Positions 12,500 to 24,985 of a DNA stretch of 60,028 bases are shown here, one piece after another. Each line of letters opens with the position of its first letter. Position 1 is the first letter of the stretch. The position numbers and the translations under genes are program-made. Under the pieces are notes generated by a model. It did no database searches and was not told where the DNA came from. It saw nothing but the letters and a program-made list of their open reading frames with translations. Source of the stretch: Gekko japonicus (Eukaryota); contig NW_015166462.1 of assembly GCF_001447785.1 (NCBI RefSeq), positions 442,116 through 502,143 on the forward strand, given 5' to 3'.

Positions 12500-12748
12500 T
12501 GGACATATGGAGCAGAGGTCCATCAGTGGCTATTAGCCACAAGGTATAGATAGGGGCTCTGGGGCAAGTGATGCTCTGTCTTCTTGGTGCGTGGGGGGGG
12601 GGGTCAACAGTGGGAGGGCTTCTAATGTCCTGGCCCACTGCTGGACCTCCTGATGGCACCTGGTATTTCTGGCCACTGTGTGACACAAAGTGTTGGACTG
12701 GATGGGCCTTTGGCCTGATCCAACATTGGCATCTCTCATGTTCTTATG
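12500..12748 (+). mobile_element. CR1 3' end inserted in a MITE (~12240-12860)
   Basis: Reverse complement of ~3000-3245; ends atgttcttatg. Confidence 0.75.
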
Positions 12749-13292
12749 ACTTCCTCTGGGTGTGTGCATGGCCCTACCTCCTGCGGCAGCCATTTTGTGG
12801 TTCTGCCCACCATCTTGTTGTCAGCATTCCACAGGGCCCAGAGACTCAAAAAGGCTGGGGAGCCCTGTGTTATACCATAAGGATAGGAGGAACAGCAGCT
12901 GACTTGCGTGTGTCCCCCCCCCACCCGCACAGGATCATCTTAAGTTGCCCTTAAACATCTTTTTAAAAGATCTGACAGGTTTGTGAAGGGGTCATTGCTC
13001 AGCGATACGAACATCTGCTTTGTGTGCAGAAGGTCCCAACTTTAATCTTCCATTGAAGGATCAGGTAGCAGGCAATATGAAAGGCCTCCATCTAAGACCA
13101 TGAAGAGCCACTGCCTGTCAGAGTAAATAATATGGGGCAAGATGGAGCAATGGCACAGTACAGGGTAACCTCACCTATTCCCCAATTTCAGGAGTCTTTC
13201 ATCAATACAGGTTAGCCATTAAGAGCTAAAAATGGTACCTGTGCATCCAGTGGTACTACACCTCTAGTTTCCAAACACACTAGCCAAACAGT

Positions 13293-13809
13293 GGCCCCGG
13301 TCACACGGAGCATTAGGCACGCTAGAGAGACAGAAGATAGGCGGATTTTCCAGGCGCGATCTCACCGCCACATCTGGGAAGCGTAGAGCTCCCGTGGCAC
13401 ACCCGAGGCTTCCCGCCGAAGATGCGCGGTAAAAAAACTAGTACCTCGGAGGTACTAGTTTCCGGAAACCACAGGGCAAGGGCGGGCGTCTGATCGCGTT
13501 TCCGGTGGTAGTTCTGGTGCCCGCCCATGTCCCCTCGCAAAAAGGTGTTTTTTTCCCCAAGTCTCCACGGATGCGCACAAGCACCCAACGAAGCATGCGC
13601 ACATTTCAGTTTAAAAAAACAAACACAACCCCGTTTGCCGCGCCGCTACGCTTCTTTGCCGCGTCGTGTGATCGGCACCTTCCCCCTAACCACGGGAGCT
13701 CGACGGGACCTCAACTCGACACCTGATCGCGCAGTCGCGCATTAGTTTGCTTCGGGGCAAACAGCCACGCCTCCCCCCCCCCCATTTCCCTAGCCGTGTG
13801 GCCGAGGCC
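13293..13809. mobile_element. Young CpG-rich MITE, PIF/Harbinger-like
   Basis: TIRs ggccccggtcacacgg / ccgtgtggccgaggcc flanked by a 3-bp agt duplication. Confidence 0.65.
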
Positions 13810-14632
13810 AGTGTATGGTTATCACTTACCACACCTTGCTTGCAATTTTGGGTTGGCTACTGCCACAGCTAGAATTGGGCTAGTTGGAACTTTGGTGTGA
13901 TTCAGCAAGGCAATTCTTCCCTGTTTATGTTGAGTAGAGGCACCTTTTCAAACCCTTTTTTATGTTTCAAGTGGCATCAGAAATCTTCCCTTCCCCCCCA
14001 GTTCAAGACTGTAAAGATAGCTCAAACTAAAGATGTATGGAAGAAGGTAATGTATAGGACTAAAGCTATTGATAGATGATTTATCACATGCCTAGCAAAT
14101 ACACTAGGAACTGTAACCACTCCATATCCCTTGGATTCATCAACACTATATCTCTCACCCTACCTCCCTGACCTGAACAAAGAAATGTGATTTCTCATTC
14201 ACAATAGGAGCTAACATCTCAGTCAGCCCCTACCCCTTAAAGACATTAAAAAGTTCAGCTATACTTTTCTAACTCGATCTCCTTAGGTTTCACTCTGTAC
14301 TTCCCTAGATTAGATCTGACTTTCCATTAATCTTGCTTTGTCCATCTACCACCAGCTGTGAGTGATCCTCACCCACTCGGAGTAGATTGATTATTCTTCG
14401 GACTGGATCTTGTTTTAAGCTGGCCTCTCTTTGTAATATCTCCCCCTGCCCCAGCTTTCTGTAGTTTGTAGCTTTCAGTATAAATGTGTCTGCCTTATGG
14501 ATGAACGTTTTGTGCATCTGACAAAGCAAACTCTGACTCATGCAGGCTTATGCTAGAACAAACATTAGCTTTTAAAGTGCCATTGGATTTGAAAAGAAGG
14601 TTTTATTTTATTTTGCAACCTGTATCCTATAA

Positions 14633-15593
14633 CAGGGGCTGCGGTGGCTCAGAGGTTAAGACGCTGAAGCTGCAGACCTGAAGGTCTGTAGTTCAGCAGT
14701 TCCAGACCCTGGTGCCGCATGACGGAGTGAGCTCCCGTCTCTGGCCCCAGCTCCTGCCAGCCTAGAAGTTCAAAAGCGAGAAATTGCAAATAGATAAATA
14801 GGCACCGCTTCGGTGGGAAGGTAACAGCGTTCCATGTGACTCAGCATTTAGTCATGCCGGCCACCTGACCACGGAAACGTCTTCGGACACCGCTGGCTCT
14901 TCAGCTTGGAAACGGAGATGAGCACTGCCCCCTAGAGTCAGATTTGACTAACTTTTGAGCAAGGGAAACCTTTGCCCTTACCTGTAGGTGGCCAAACTTG
15001 CTTAACATAAGAGCCACACAGGAAAAAAAAATCAGATGTGACAAGACATGAACACACATGTTTTTATTGAAAAATATACGAATTTGCATATTAAATTAAA
15101 GAGACAAATGCCTTCTCTGAGCCAAGCCAGTCTGCTGGTGTGGCGGGGGCTGGAGAAAACAAGAGGGAGAGGGGGGGGGACAGAAAGAAAGGTAGAAAGA
15201 AAGAAAGGTGGAAAGAAAGCAAATAGATGGGGGAGGGAGAGAGGGAGGGACGGAGAGGCAGAAAAGAAAACAACTTTGAATGTAAATGCATCCTCCAAGC
15301 CCCCCACGCTGGCTGGCTTGGAGAAGGGATTTAAAGAGACAAATGCGTCCTCCAAGCCAGCCGGCCGGCCGGGGTAGAGGAAAGCTTTGAGAATGCATTT
15401 AAAGTTAAAGTAGCTTTCTTTCTCTGCTCCCCCCCACCTCAAGGCTACCCAGGGAGGGAAACGCTGGCTGGAGAAAGGAAGACCAATCAGGGAGGCATGC
15501 CCTCCCCTTCGCTTCCCCAGCTACCCTGCCGGGAGCTGCATAATATGTGTGAAAGAGCCACATGTGGCTCCCAAGCCAGTTTGGCCACCCCTG
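14633..15593. mobile_element. hAT MITE (CAGGGGTGGCCAAAC TIR family)
   Basis: Ends gtttggccacccctg. Flanks tcctataa/tcctagac. Homologous to 49094-49739. Confidence 0.65.
14635..14982 (+). mobile_element. Sauria SINE inserted in the left end of a hAT MITE
   Basis: ggggctgcggtggctcag head, Sauria body, acctttgcccttacct tail. Confidence 0.8.
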
Positions 15594-15738
15594 TCCTAGA
15601 CCACCCTGACCTGGATGGCCCTGGCTAGACTGATCTTGTCAGATCTGAGAGGCGGCAGGGGCAGCCCTGGGGAGTACTTGGGAGGCAGGGTCGCTACACA
15701 GAGGCCGGCAGTGGCAAACCACCTCTGGATGTCTATTG

Positions 15739-16435
15739 CAGTGGTGGCGAACCTATGGCACGGGTGCCAGAGGTGGCACTCAGAGCCCTCTCCGTGGGCA
15801 TGCGTGCCATTGCCCCAGCCAGGCCCAGACCGTCATTAAAGTGTGGAATTCTCTGCCAAATCATTTTAAGTAAATGAAAGCATTTGGGATCGCTTTCCTT
15901 ACTTTGGCTGGATCATCTTAAATTAATATATGAGTTGTTTTTTCTAAAGTAAAACCTCAGTATTCAGGTTAAATTGCCGTGTTGGCACTTTGCGATAAAT
16001 ATGTGGGTTTTAGGTCGCAGTTTGGGCACTCGGTCTCTAAAAGGTTCACCATCACTGGTGCTCAAGTGGTTAAGACGCTGAACTGCAGGCTGTGGAAGGT
16101 CGGTAGTTCAGCAGTTCGAGACCCGAGTGCGCCGCATGACGGAGTGAGCTCCCGTCTCTAGTTCCAGCTCCTGCCAACCTAGCAGCTCAAAAGCAAGAAA
16201 TTGCAAGAAGATAAATAGGTACCACTTCGGTGGGAAGGTAACAGCGTTCCGTGCGCCTTGGTGTTTAGTCATGCCAGCCACATGACCACGGAAATGTCTT
16301 CGGACAGCGCTGGCTCTTCGGCTTTGAAACAGAGATGAGCACCGCAACCCTAGAGTCGGATTCGACTGGCTTTCGAGCAAGGGAACCTTTACCTTTACCT
16401 TGGGCACTCGGTCTCTAAAAGGTTCGCCATCACTG
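15739..16435. mobile_element. hAT MITE with 8-bp TSD gtctattg
   Basis: TIRs cagtggtggcgaacc / ggttcgccatcactg. TSD at 15731-15738 and 16436-16443. Confidence 0.8.
16060..16399 (+). mobile_element. Sauria SINE with 38-bp TSD
   Basis: (accttt)n tail; flanking duplication at 16022-16059 and 16400-16437. Confidence 0.85.
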
Positions 16436-19400
16436 GTCTATTGCCTTGAAAACCCAATAGGGCTGCCGTGAGTTGGCGGAGACTAGACGGTCCTTTCCAC
16501 CACCGTCCCTATAACATTCATTGTCATTCTATGTACAAGCAGAGCTGGCCATTAAACCAACCAAAGAAGACTTTGTCAGCTGGTGGGTGAAGTGCTGGTT
16601 TCTATATTTTTAAAGCATTAACTTTATTAGAACACCAAAACAAGACATTTTAATATTGTCAACCGATTAGATAACATACACTAGTTACAAAAACAAGTTA
16701 GCTAACTTTATTGTAAAAGAATGAAAATTTTTTTAAAATCACAATTATTTATTATAACTTAATGGTAGGTAAGGTTTCTAATAAATGCAAATACCGTAAT
16801 TCATTGTCCAGTTCTTTGGAATTTTAAGCTAGAACTCAAGAGCCAGCCCACAAATACCATTTTTAAAATGAAATTAAAAACAAAAATAAAGCAAAGGGCA
16901 GTTTAAAAAACAAAACCCAACCCTGAAGCCAGTTTTTAAAGGAATCGGTACTAAGGTGAGTAGCAAGTCAACCTTCCGTTTGGAGATGCCTGCAGTTACA
17001 GCAGGTGGCCAGGAGGCAACATTCTCCTATTGGGCCAGGCCTGCCACTCAGCACTGCAGGGCAAGGGGAAGAAAACAGCCTCCTGTCTAGCCCTTCCTGA
17101 GGAATTACACCATAATGAAATAAGAATGGCAGACTGCTACTTTGGTCCCAAAGTAAATTCCAAGAGCGCGAAGGTGGCGTCTGCCATGGAGTGCACTTCC
17201 TCTTCTGACGTTATTTCGTACAAGATCAATGGTTTTCAAACAGCCCCTGTGCAAACAGAAGTCGTAGTGGAAGAGGAAGTGCACTCCCCCACAGAGGCTG
17301 CCTTAGTGCACAGGGGTTCATAGGCTCCAAACCAAAACGTTTATGGAAAATGTCATCAAAAAGTTAAATAACCACACATCCACCTTGTTAGCTTGACTGT
17401 GGCCACCAACATGTTTGTCCCAATAGAAAATTACTGCAGGGCTTTCCAAATATGCTACAGGTTAAGGCTCCAATAATGATCCAAGGGAAGGAACTTGCAG
17501 GCAGGTGCAGTTCAGTACATGGGTAGCATGGTTAGGAAAGCACATTGTGGGGGGACATGGTGCAGAAGTACAGCCATTTGAGAAACAATTTATCTGAAGC
17601 ATCCCCTCTACACTGAAAGGAGACTTTTACTACTGGCCTGGATGTCTGATCTAGTGCAAATGTCTTCCGAAACATGTTACCACATGGCTAGGCATGACAT
17701 ATGGGCCTATCCATGGTAAAAGTTTACCCTGTAGTAAAATGGTCATCCTCTTTCAATGTGATATTGAGATGCAAGCAGTCTCCAAGGGACAAAGGGTCCA
17801 AGTCACATAAGGCTATACTGGTCTTGTCTCAGTGCTCCCCCCCCCTTTCATCAGGGGTCTTACATGATAGGCTGTTCTTGAATGGAAAGCCCTTCTCTGC
17901 AAGAGAAAAAAATGAAATCCTTATGGAGAGTGTTGTGAGCAATATATCCATTTGCTTTGCTGGAAGCTGTAGCCAAATGTCAATGGATCAGAAATACCTG
18001 AGTTTTGCTCCACATACACACTATGAGGAGCTCCTAGGGTGTACATACGGAACAAAACATAGGAATGAGCCTTCTCACATGATGGTGATTGTGTGTGTAT
18101 TTCATGCTCTTGTACAGAAGGGCATTCTTACAGAAGTAGCCTAATGTGAATTAGTCCACAATTCCTGCCAGAAAGGGGCAGGGGACCACTACAGTATAGC
18201 TTTGCAATCTGGTGAATATATAGGATCAAACATGTAACGTTCTTGGTTCATTCTTCCATCTTCGTCCTCTCTCCTGAAGCCAATTTCAACATTCTTCTGT
18301 ACCAACTTTGCAGCCACCTGTGCAGGTATGCCCACGCACAGACGCCTAGCAAAAACTTGGGCTACAACTAGTTCCCCCAACTTTTCACTATCAAAATGTT
18401 TTTTTAAAACTTAGGAAACACAAGAAAATTCCCAAGCTGCTCCCCACGTGTATGACATAGATACACTGTTGTTCTAAGTGCAAGATCTGAGTCCAGTAGC
18501 ACCTTACTAAGAAACACTGTTATCACCAACCACTTTTACCCTAATCTTAACCAGTGGCAAACTGCCTTAAATTAAAATGAAACTGACAGAAGTCTGGAGC
18601 ACGACTGACGCCCCCAGTGGTAAAGAGCAGTCAATGGCAAAGCAATGAGTTACAATGCGGCAGAAGAATGCTTGGAAACCAGAGTTCCAAGATTTCTGGA
18701 TAAAGGAGCAGGGCAGAGAACATTGCTACAGGCAACAATGTAAGCCAGAATGCCTGGGTTCCTTTAAATAACTGCCTTCATTCAGTGCCAACAACATACT
18801 AGGAGCTATACTAAGCAAAGAAGTGACACAATGACTAAACTGCAGCTACATTAAAAAAACACACCAGAAGTAGCAACATAAACACGAACAGAAGAACTGA
18901 ACTGTACATTAGATGGACTCAGTAAGGAGTCTGACAACATTACAGAGATGGGGAAGAGAGAAGACACAGGTAACAAGGAAGGCACTGGTAAAGAAAGGTC
19001 TACAAAAGAGAAGAGAGGGGCATTTGTTGTTTCAGCAGGGTGGGTGGGGCTGCAAGATCTCCCAGTCCTTTGAAGGCATGGAGGCAAAAGCAGGACAGAA
19101 AGAACCAAGCTCTCTAAAATGAGGAGCACTCAAGGAGGTCTGATTCCACAGTCCTTGAGAGAGAGAATGAGATCTACGGCATTAATTGAAGCATGCAGGG
19201 CTTGAAGCAATGGCTCCTGGGTTCTGTCCCCGAGTGTGTTCTGGTTCCCTAGATAACTGTCACCCAAGGAACATGCTCCATTGCCGGTTTCCTCCTGCAC
19301 TTCTGGACAGGATATACATATATAAAGAATCCTAGGAGTTTTCCTGCTCAACACAACAAATGGAGTAGCATTAAAATGGCAAGAGATGGTCCCCCATTGT

Positions 19401-20639
19401 TACTGCTTTTGCAACGTACATTTTCCAGTTCAGGAACTGCCTGCTAATTCTCCACTAATTCAAGCATGCAGAACTGGGGCAATGCAATCATGCCACAGGA
19501 ACCATGCCATCTCAAAAGTATGATGTTCGAGGAAGGGGGAAAATAATCTGCTAGGCAATACTTCCACGGGAAAACGGCATCTTTCATTGGGATGAAGACT
19601 AATGCAGTAAGACAGGATGTGGGCAATGCCCAATCAAGTATCAAAAGCCAGTGCTGGATTGATGCAAAAGTTCCTAGTACACACAGGAGGGTAAAGCTAC
19701 AGTGGAGTCCATAGCTCTTCCCCCTCCCCTCATGACTAGCAGTGCAAAATAAAAGATTGAGAAAATGCAAGCAAATTTGCTCAATTCATACAGGTCACAG
19801 AACGTAGCCCAAATTCTGCACCACAAAGAATTATCTTGATTCTGTGTAAAGCTGGGTTTTTGCGGGGGCAGCAGAGAGTGCTTTGGATGCTTCTGATGAA
19901 ATGTGAGTGGGGCAACTTCCCACACTTGACAGAATGAGACAGAGACGGCTTGATGTTGACAGAGGCTGGCACAGAGTCACAGAAACAGACAGGAGATGGT
20001 GCAGTATGGGATCACACTGATGGGGAAGGTTACAAGAGTGGTATGAATACGGAGAATGCTGGAAGGATGGATAGGAGGGGTTTGGTTTTTTACCAAGGAT
20101 AGACACAAGGTGAACATTGAAACACAAGTGATAACTGTAGAAGAGTAGTAAGCCACTCAGGAAAGGAGCTTCCTATAGGGAGACAAGAAATATCCATGAG
20201 GAAGACAGTTCCCTACTGCTGATGCATAGGTGTGGGCAGAACTAAATGGTAGGATGGGGGTGGGGGAATCAGGGAAATCGACGCAACACCTTTCACTTGG
20301 AAAATGCCTGTAGCATTCGGAAAGATGGGAGCAGACAATCAGATTGTGCCCAGTGAATTGAAGAAAAGGCAGAGGACCCTTTATGACACCGGCAGGCTTA
20401 TGAGATAAAACAAGCTTGTGATAAAGTACAGTTTAGTTTTGAGGCAAGAGACGGGGATGTTGATTGTGCTTTATAAAAGGATACCAAGCAGGTTAAAGAG
20501 AAGTGAGGGGGGAGGAGAGCAGATACTGGACTGTGAGCATGTATGTTACTACGCAGATTAGCAGTTTGGGGAGCAACCTAATTCCATGCTACCCTATAAG
20601 GTTCGGAGAGATGAGAAGCTCACAGCTTTCGGGTTGGGG

Positions 20640-21480
20640 GGGGGGGGAAGGAAAAGAGCACACCCCCACCACGGAGTAAGGGACTACTGGGGGAAAGGGG
20701 GGGGAGAGAAAAGGGTCGGTCAAGCGGGTTTGCAGAGTGGCCAGGGGTGGGGCTACTGAAGGGAGGGGGAGGCGGAAGTCAAAAGGCGTTAATGTGGGGA
20801 GGGGGCTTGCGAGGATTCTCATTCGCAATACGGTAGGGGCGAGGAGGTAATTTCTAGGGCAGGACTGGCTCTTGGGTGGCACTCACCGGTGTGTGGCGCT
20901 GCCCCAGCCTCCTCCGCGCCCCGGGTAGGGGCTGGTCCCGTGCAGCAGGATTGGAGTCGGGGGAAGCCCCCTGGCCCTTGCCTTGCCCCCAGGATACGCG
21001 GGGGGCGTCGCTGGTCCCTCTGGGGTGGGGGGTAGGGGGGGCACGGCCAAACTGCAGCTCTCACAGGCCCGACCGGAACCGGAAGCCTCCCTCCCAGGCA
21101 AGAGCCCCGTTTCCTGCCCTCCCCTCGTACCCACAACCCTCTGCGCATTCTGTCCCCACCCCCACCCCTCAGCTTCGCTTCCCGGAGTACTTTGCGCGCG
21201 CCCACTTGCCCTTCACTTTACCCACAAGCCGTTGCGGTGGTCACGGTCTTCCCATGTCCGGCAGTGTCTGCTGACTGCCTCCAGTGCCGTTCAGTGCGAT
21301 GAAAAGAATGCATCGCCGCCGTACAGAATCAGAAGCCTTGCAGCGCATTGAAGCTTGGCAGGCTTTTTAAAAAACGTGTGTGTTTGTAGCAGGCAGAATT
21401 TCAGGAGGTGTGAAGCTGTCTGTCTCTTAGCATGGCGGTGAGATGGAAGTCGCGGGAAACGTCGCGGTACTGCTGTGTTC
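20640..21480 (-). promoter_or_regulatory. ZNF865: CpG-island promoter and non-coding exon 1 of ZNF865; splice donor at 20887/20886
   Basis: GC/CpG-rich island with minus-strand donor CCG|gtgagt. Tandem ETS-like ccggaaccggaag (~21073-21085), E2F-like tttgcgcgc (~21191) and tttcccgcg (minus strand, ~21451), YY1-like atggcgg (~21433). Implies a ~10.1 kb intron down to acceptor 10739. Confidence 0.75.
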
Positions 21481-24079
21481 CCGCCTGCTAGGCAACTGTC
21501 AAGGACAGAGGAGTCCTGCCGTGGGAAATGAGTTGGGAGGAATTGGTGAGAAGCTACAGGAAGAAATTCTGCGAGGGTGGCCCCAGGGTCTGGACAGGGG
21601 CTTGTGCAAAACTATGAGAGTATTGTGGGCTGGGGGCTCTTCTGAAGTATCAGTGTATGCACGGCCCTTCCTAAAGCGACACCTCCACATGCCGTTTCAT
21701 TGCCGTTTCTTTTTCTTAAGATAAACGAACTTCGTGCTGCTACACTGCAACTTAACACACTGTAGTGAAGATGCAGGTTGTCACATAAGGCGTGGAAAGA
21801 TACATCTGTCTTGAAAGTGAAACGCCCAGAGGATGTGGAGGGCCAAATTCTTCACCCAGCAGATGAATGGCATTTTTTCATGGCAAAAAGCCAACTGGGC
21901 TGCAATTTGATGAACAATAGCAGCCATTGACAAGTCAGTACCTTTGCCCTACTAAGAACACTGGGAGTCTGGCCTTGAAATTGTTTAACTGGTGTGGAAT
22001 GCAGTAAGGGGACCAAGAGTCAGGGTTGGGGGTCATGGCTCAGCCGCAGAACATCTGTATGTGCAGAAGATCCTGAGTTCAGTCTCTGGCATCTCCAGAT
22101 ATTAAAGGACCAGGAAATGGGTAATATGAAAGACCTCAGCCTGAGATCCTGGAGAAATGTTGCCAGTCAGAGTAGGCAATACTGACCTTGTTATAGATTC
22201 AGTATATGGCAGTTTCATATTTTCATGAGATTCCAAAAGGCCCATTTTAGGCTTAGAGCCTTGCATCTGACATCATGTCATGATTCAATGAACATCAGCT
22301 GCACACTCAATGAATATCAGTTCCCCCAAGCTCTTGATACCCGCTGCACACTACAAAATGTAGCTCTCAAAGAGCAACAGAAGATGAATGAGAGGCAAAT
22401 TAGAAAGAAAAGAGGCATAAATTAAAACAAAGCTGTAGACCTAGGCAGAATATATCCAAATAGAGCAGCAAATTGCATATTTATGCAAGCGGTTCAAGTC
22501 CATGACAGAGAATCACACCTATGTATGATACCAGGCTTCTCTATTCTTCTCTCCCCCCTTCCCCCTCCCCCTATGGAATTTCATGCATAATAATTAGGGA
22601 AATCATTTCCTTTCCCATTATATCTGAGGAAGTGAGCCTGACTCAAATGCTAATACCAAATAAATGTTTTTAGTCTTTAAGGTGCTACTGGACTTCTATT
22701 GTGTCTTGTCTTGATACTTGCCACCCTGGTGTGAACTCAAAGAAGCTAGATAAGTGTTGCCATGCTGTTATACTATAATCAACACCTTTGCCTTATTAAG
22801 TACATGGGGGCTGTGGCCCTGAAAGTAATTAACTGGTGTGAAATGTGGTAAGGGTTCCATGAGCCATACTAGAGATCCCAAAGGATCTGATAAGGAGTCA
22901 GGAACTTACATTTGACATCATTTCACTACTATGCTATGCATGGATATAGATTCCAGACAGTAGCCCATCCAGTCCATAGGCTCAAGGTGGGTAATCACAG
23001 TCCCTTAACTCCTTTATATCTTCTGTACCACCTCCACGAATTGTTACCATGATCTCTGTTAGTATTTTAAGTAGGGTTGCCAACAAGCCTGGAGAAAAAT
23101 GGCCTGTCCCTTTAGTGGAGGTTTAGTGTGTAGAAATGGGCAGTTGAATCTTCTCATGGCACAGAGGTAAATGACATCACATCAAGCTTCTGTTAAAGAG
23201 ACATGACTTTTCCCTCCAGGTAGCTGGCAGCCCAAAGTACCTGCCAGCTTTTTGTAAAACAAAACATCAGGAAGCTCTGACCTGGTGTCTTTGAGCATGC
23301 ACAGACTCACTTTCCCTTGCAATAGGAAGTGGTGTTTTTTTTTAAGTAAGCATAGAAAAATGTTTTTGAACATGTGTTGATTTCCCTTATTTGAAACATC
23401 ATCGATGATCCATCTCTGTCTATAGAAAGTAGGCAAATAATTCAAATACCAAACTTTTTTTCTACCTTTACAGCCTCCTTTTCTAACAACTGGCTATGAG
23501 GATGTGTCAAGTCAAAAAGCAAAATGCACAAAACTGGGGAGAGAATCCTCACTACCCAGGATAACAAGCCACCACCAGCCCCTCTAGCTAACCTTCAGCC
23601 TTACCAGGTGTTAATCAAGGTCACCCCTGCAAGGTAGGACAATTGCAAGATGAGTTCCAAGAACAATTACTTTGGTAGCTGTAGCCAAAATAGGCCAAGG
23701 TATTGGGTTTAGACTGACCCAAACCCAAATAACACCACAGAAATATAGTTAACAAGGTTTATTTTTAAAAAATGTGCAAAAGGTTACAAATATAAGACCA
23801 GTGCAAAACGAAAAGGAAAATAATAAAATCTAACTAGCTAACCTAAAACACTTATACAGGCTTTTTGGTTCTCTGGCCCAGATATTACCAGGCCAGGCTG
23901 AAAAGAGTCCAGGTAAGTCCAAAATCCAAGAGGCAGGTATTCTGGCCAGGCAAGACCGAACCTAGTCAAAAGGATGACCCAAAAGTACAAGCTAGAATGA
24001 ATGATCTTTTATGGGAGATTGCCCACAGCTGGCCTGATCCTGGTGGATCAATCAGGTGTGTTGCTAAGACATGTGGCCA

Positions 24080-24985
24080 CCAACACTCCCTCTAAGCTAT
24101 AGAGTCTTGTGAGCAAAAATTCTACTTTGTGAGCTATTGGCATTAAAGTTGTGAGCGAGCGATTTGGCTACTGCATAAATTACTTTGCTCTGGAGCCATC
24201 CTTCCTCAACTAAGACAAAAATGTGTGAGCCGGAGACTAAAAAACAGTGAGCTAGCTCACACTAACTCAGCTTAGAGGGATCACTGGTGACCACCATTGT
24301 TCCCTCTAAGCTGAGTTAGTGTGAGCTAGCTCACAGTTTTTTAGCCTATTGCATCATGCCAGGTCCTCCTGTCTTCCCTCGTGCTCCGGAGTTTGCTTAA
24401 TTTCATGTTCGTTGCATCTATGACACTGTCTAACCATCTCATCCTTTGCCGTCCCCGTCTTCTTTGACCTTCAATCTTTCCCAGCATCAGGGTCTTCTCC
24501 AGTGAGTGCTCGCTTCTCATTTGCTGGCCATTGCTTCAGCATCTGGCCTTCCAGGGAACAGTTAGGGTTGATTTCTTTTAGGATTGACTGATTTGATCTC
24601 CTTGAAGTCCAAGGGACTCTCAAGAGTCTTCTCCAGCACCATAATTCAAAGGAATCTATTCTTCGGCGCTTGACCTTCCTTATAGTCCAACTGTCGCAGC
24701 CATACAGTACTACTGGGAATACCATTGCTTTGACCATGCGGACTTTTGTTGGCAGGGTGATCTCTCTAGTTTTTATTATGCTGTCTAGGTTTGCCATCGC
24801 TTTCGCAAAGAGTCGGACTTGACTGTGACTGAACAACAACACACATTTCTGTCTTCGCTCAGGAAGGAGGGCTCTAGAGCAAACTAATTTATGCAGCAGC
24901 CAAATCACTTGTTCACAACTTTAATGCCAGTAGCTCACAAAGTAGAATTTTTGCTCACAAGACTCCACAGCTAAGAGGGAGCACT
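24080..24985. mobile_element. Two adjacent inverted hAT MITEs (CAGTGTTCCCTCTAAG family)
   Basis: Pattern gtggccac-[MITE]-gtgaccac-[MITE]-gtgaccac. Confidence 0.75.
24348..24840. mobile_element. Bov-B (RTE) LINE 3' fragment with 5' inversion
   Basis: Minus-strand KAMANLDS...KAMVFPVVLYGCDSWT...FELWCWRRLLRVPWT, followed by plus-strand 3' terminus tcgcaaagagtcggac...gaacaacaac. Confidence 0.85.

Larger units (their letters stand above)
15600..16504 (+). mobile_element. 5S rRNA-derived SINE, split by a MITE and a Sauria SINE
   Basis: Head ctgatcttgtcagatctgag...agtacttgggagg resembles 5S rRNA. Tail ccttgaaaaccc...ctttccaccacc. Confidence 0.65.

Noticed and set aside
13293-13809. Alternative CpG-island promoter of ZNF865
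   Set aside because: Bounded exactly by TIRs and a TSD; better explained as a young MITE.
18608-18624. CTCF-like site gacgcccccagtgg
   Set aside because: The core spacing does not fit the consensus well.
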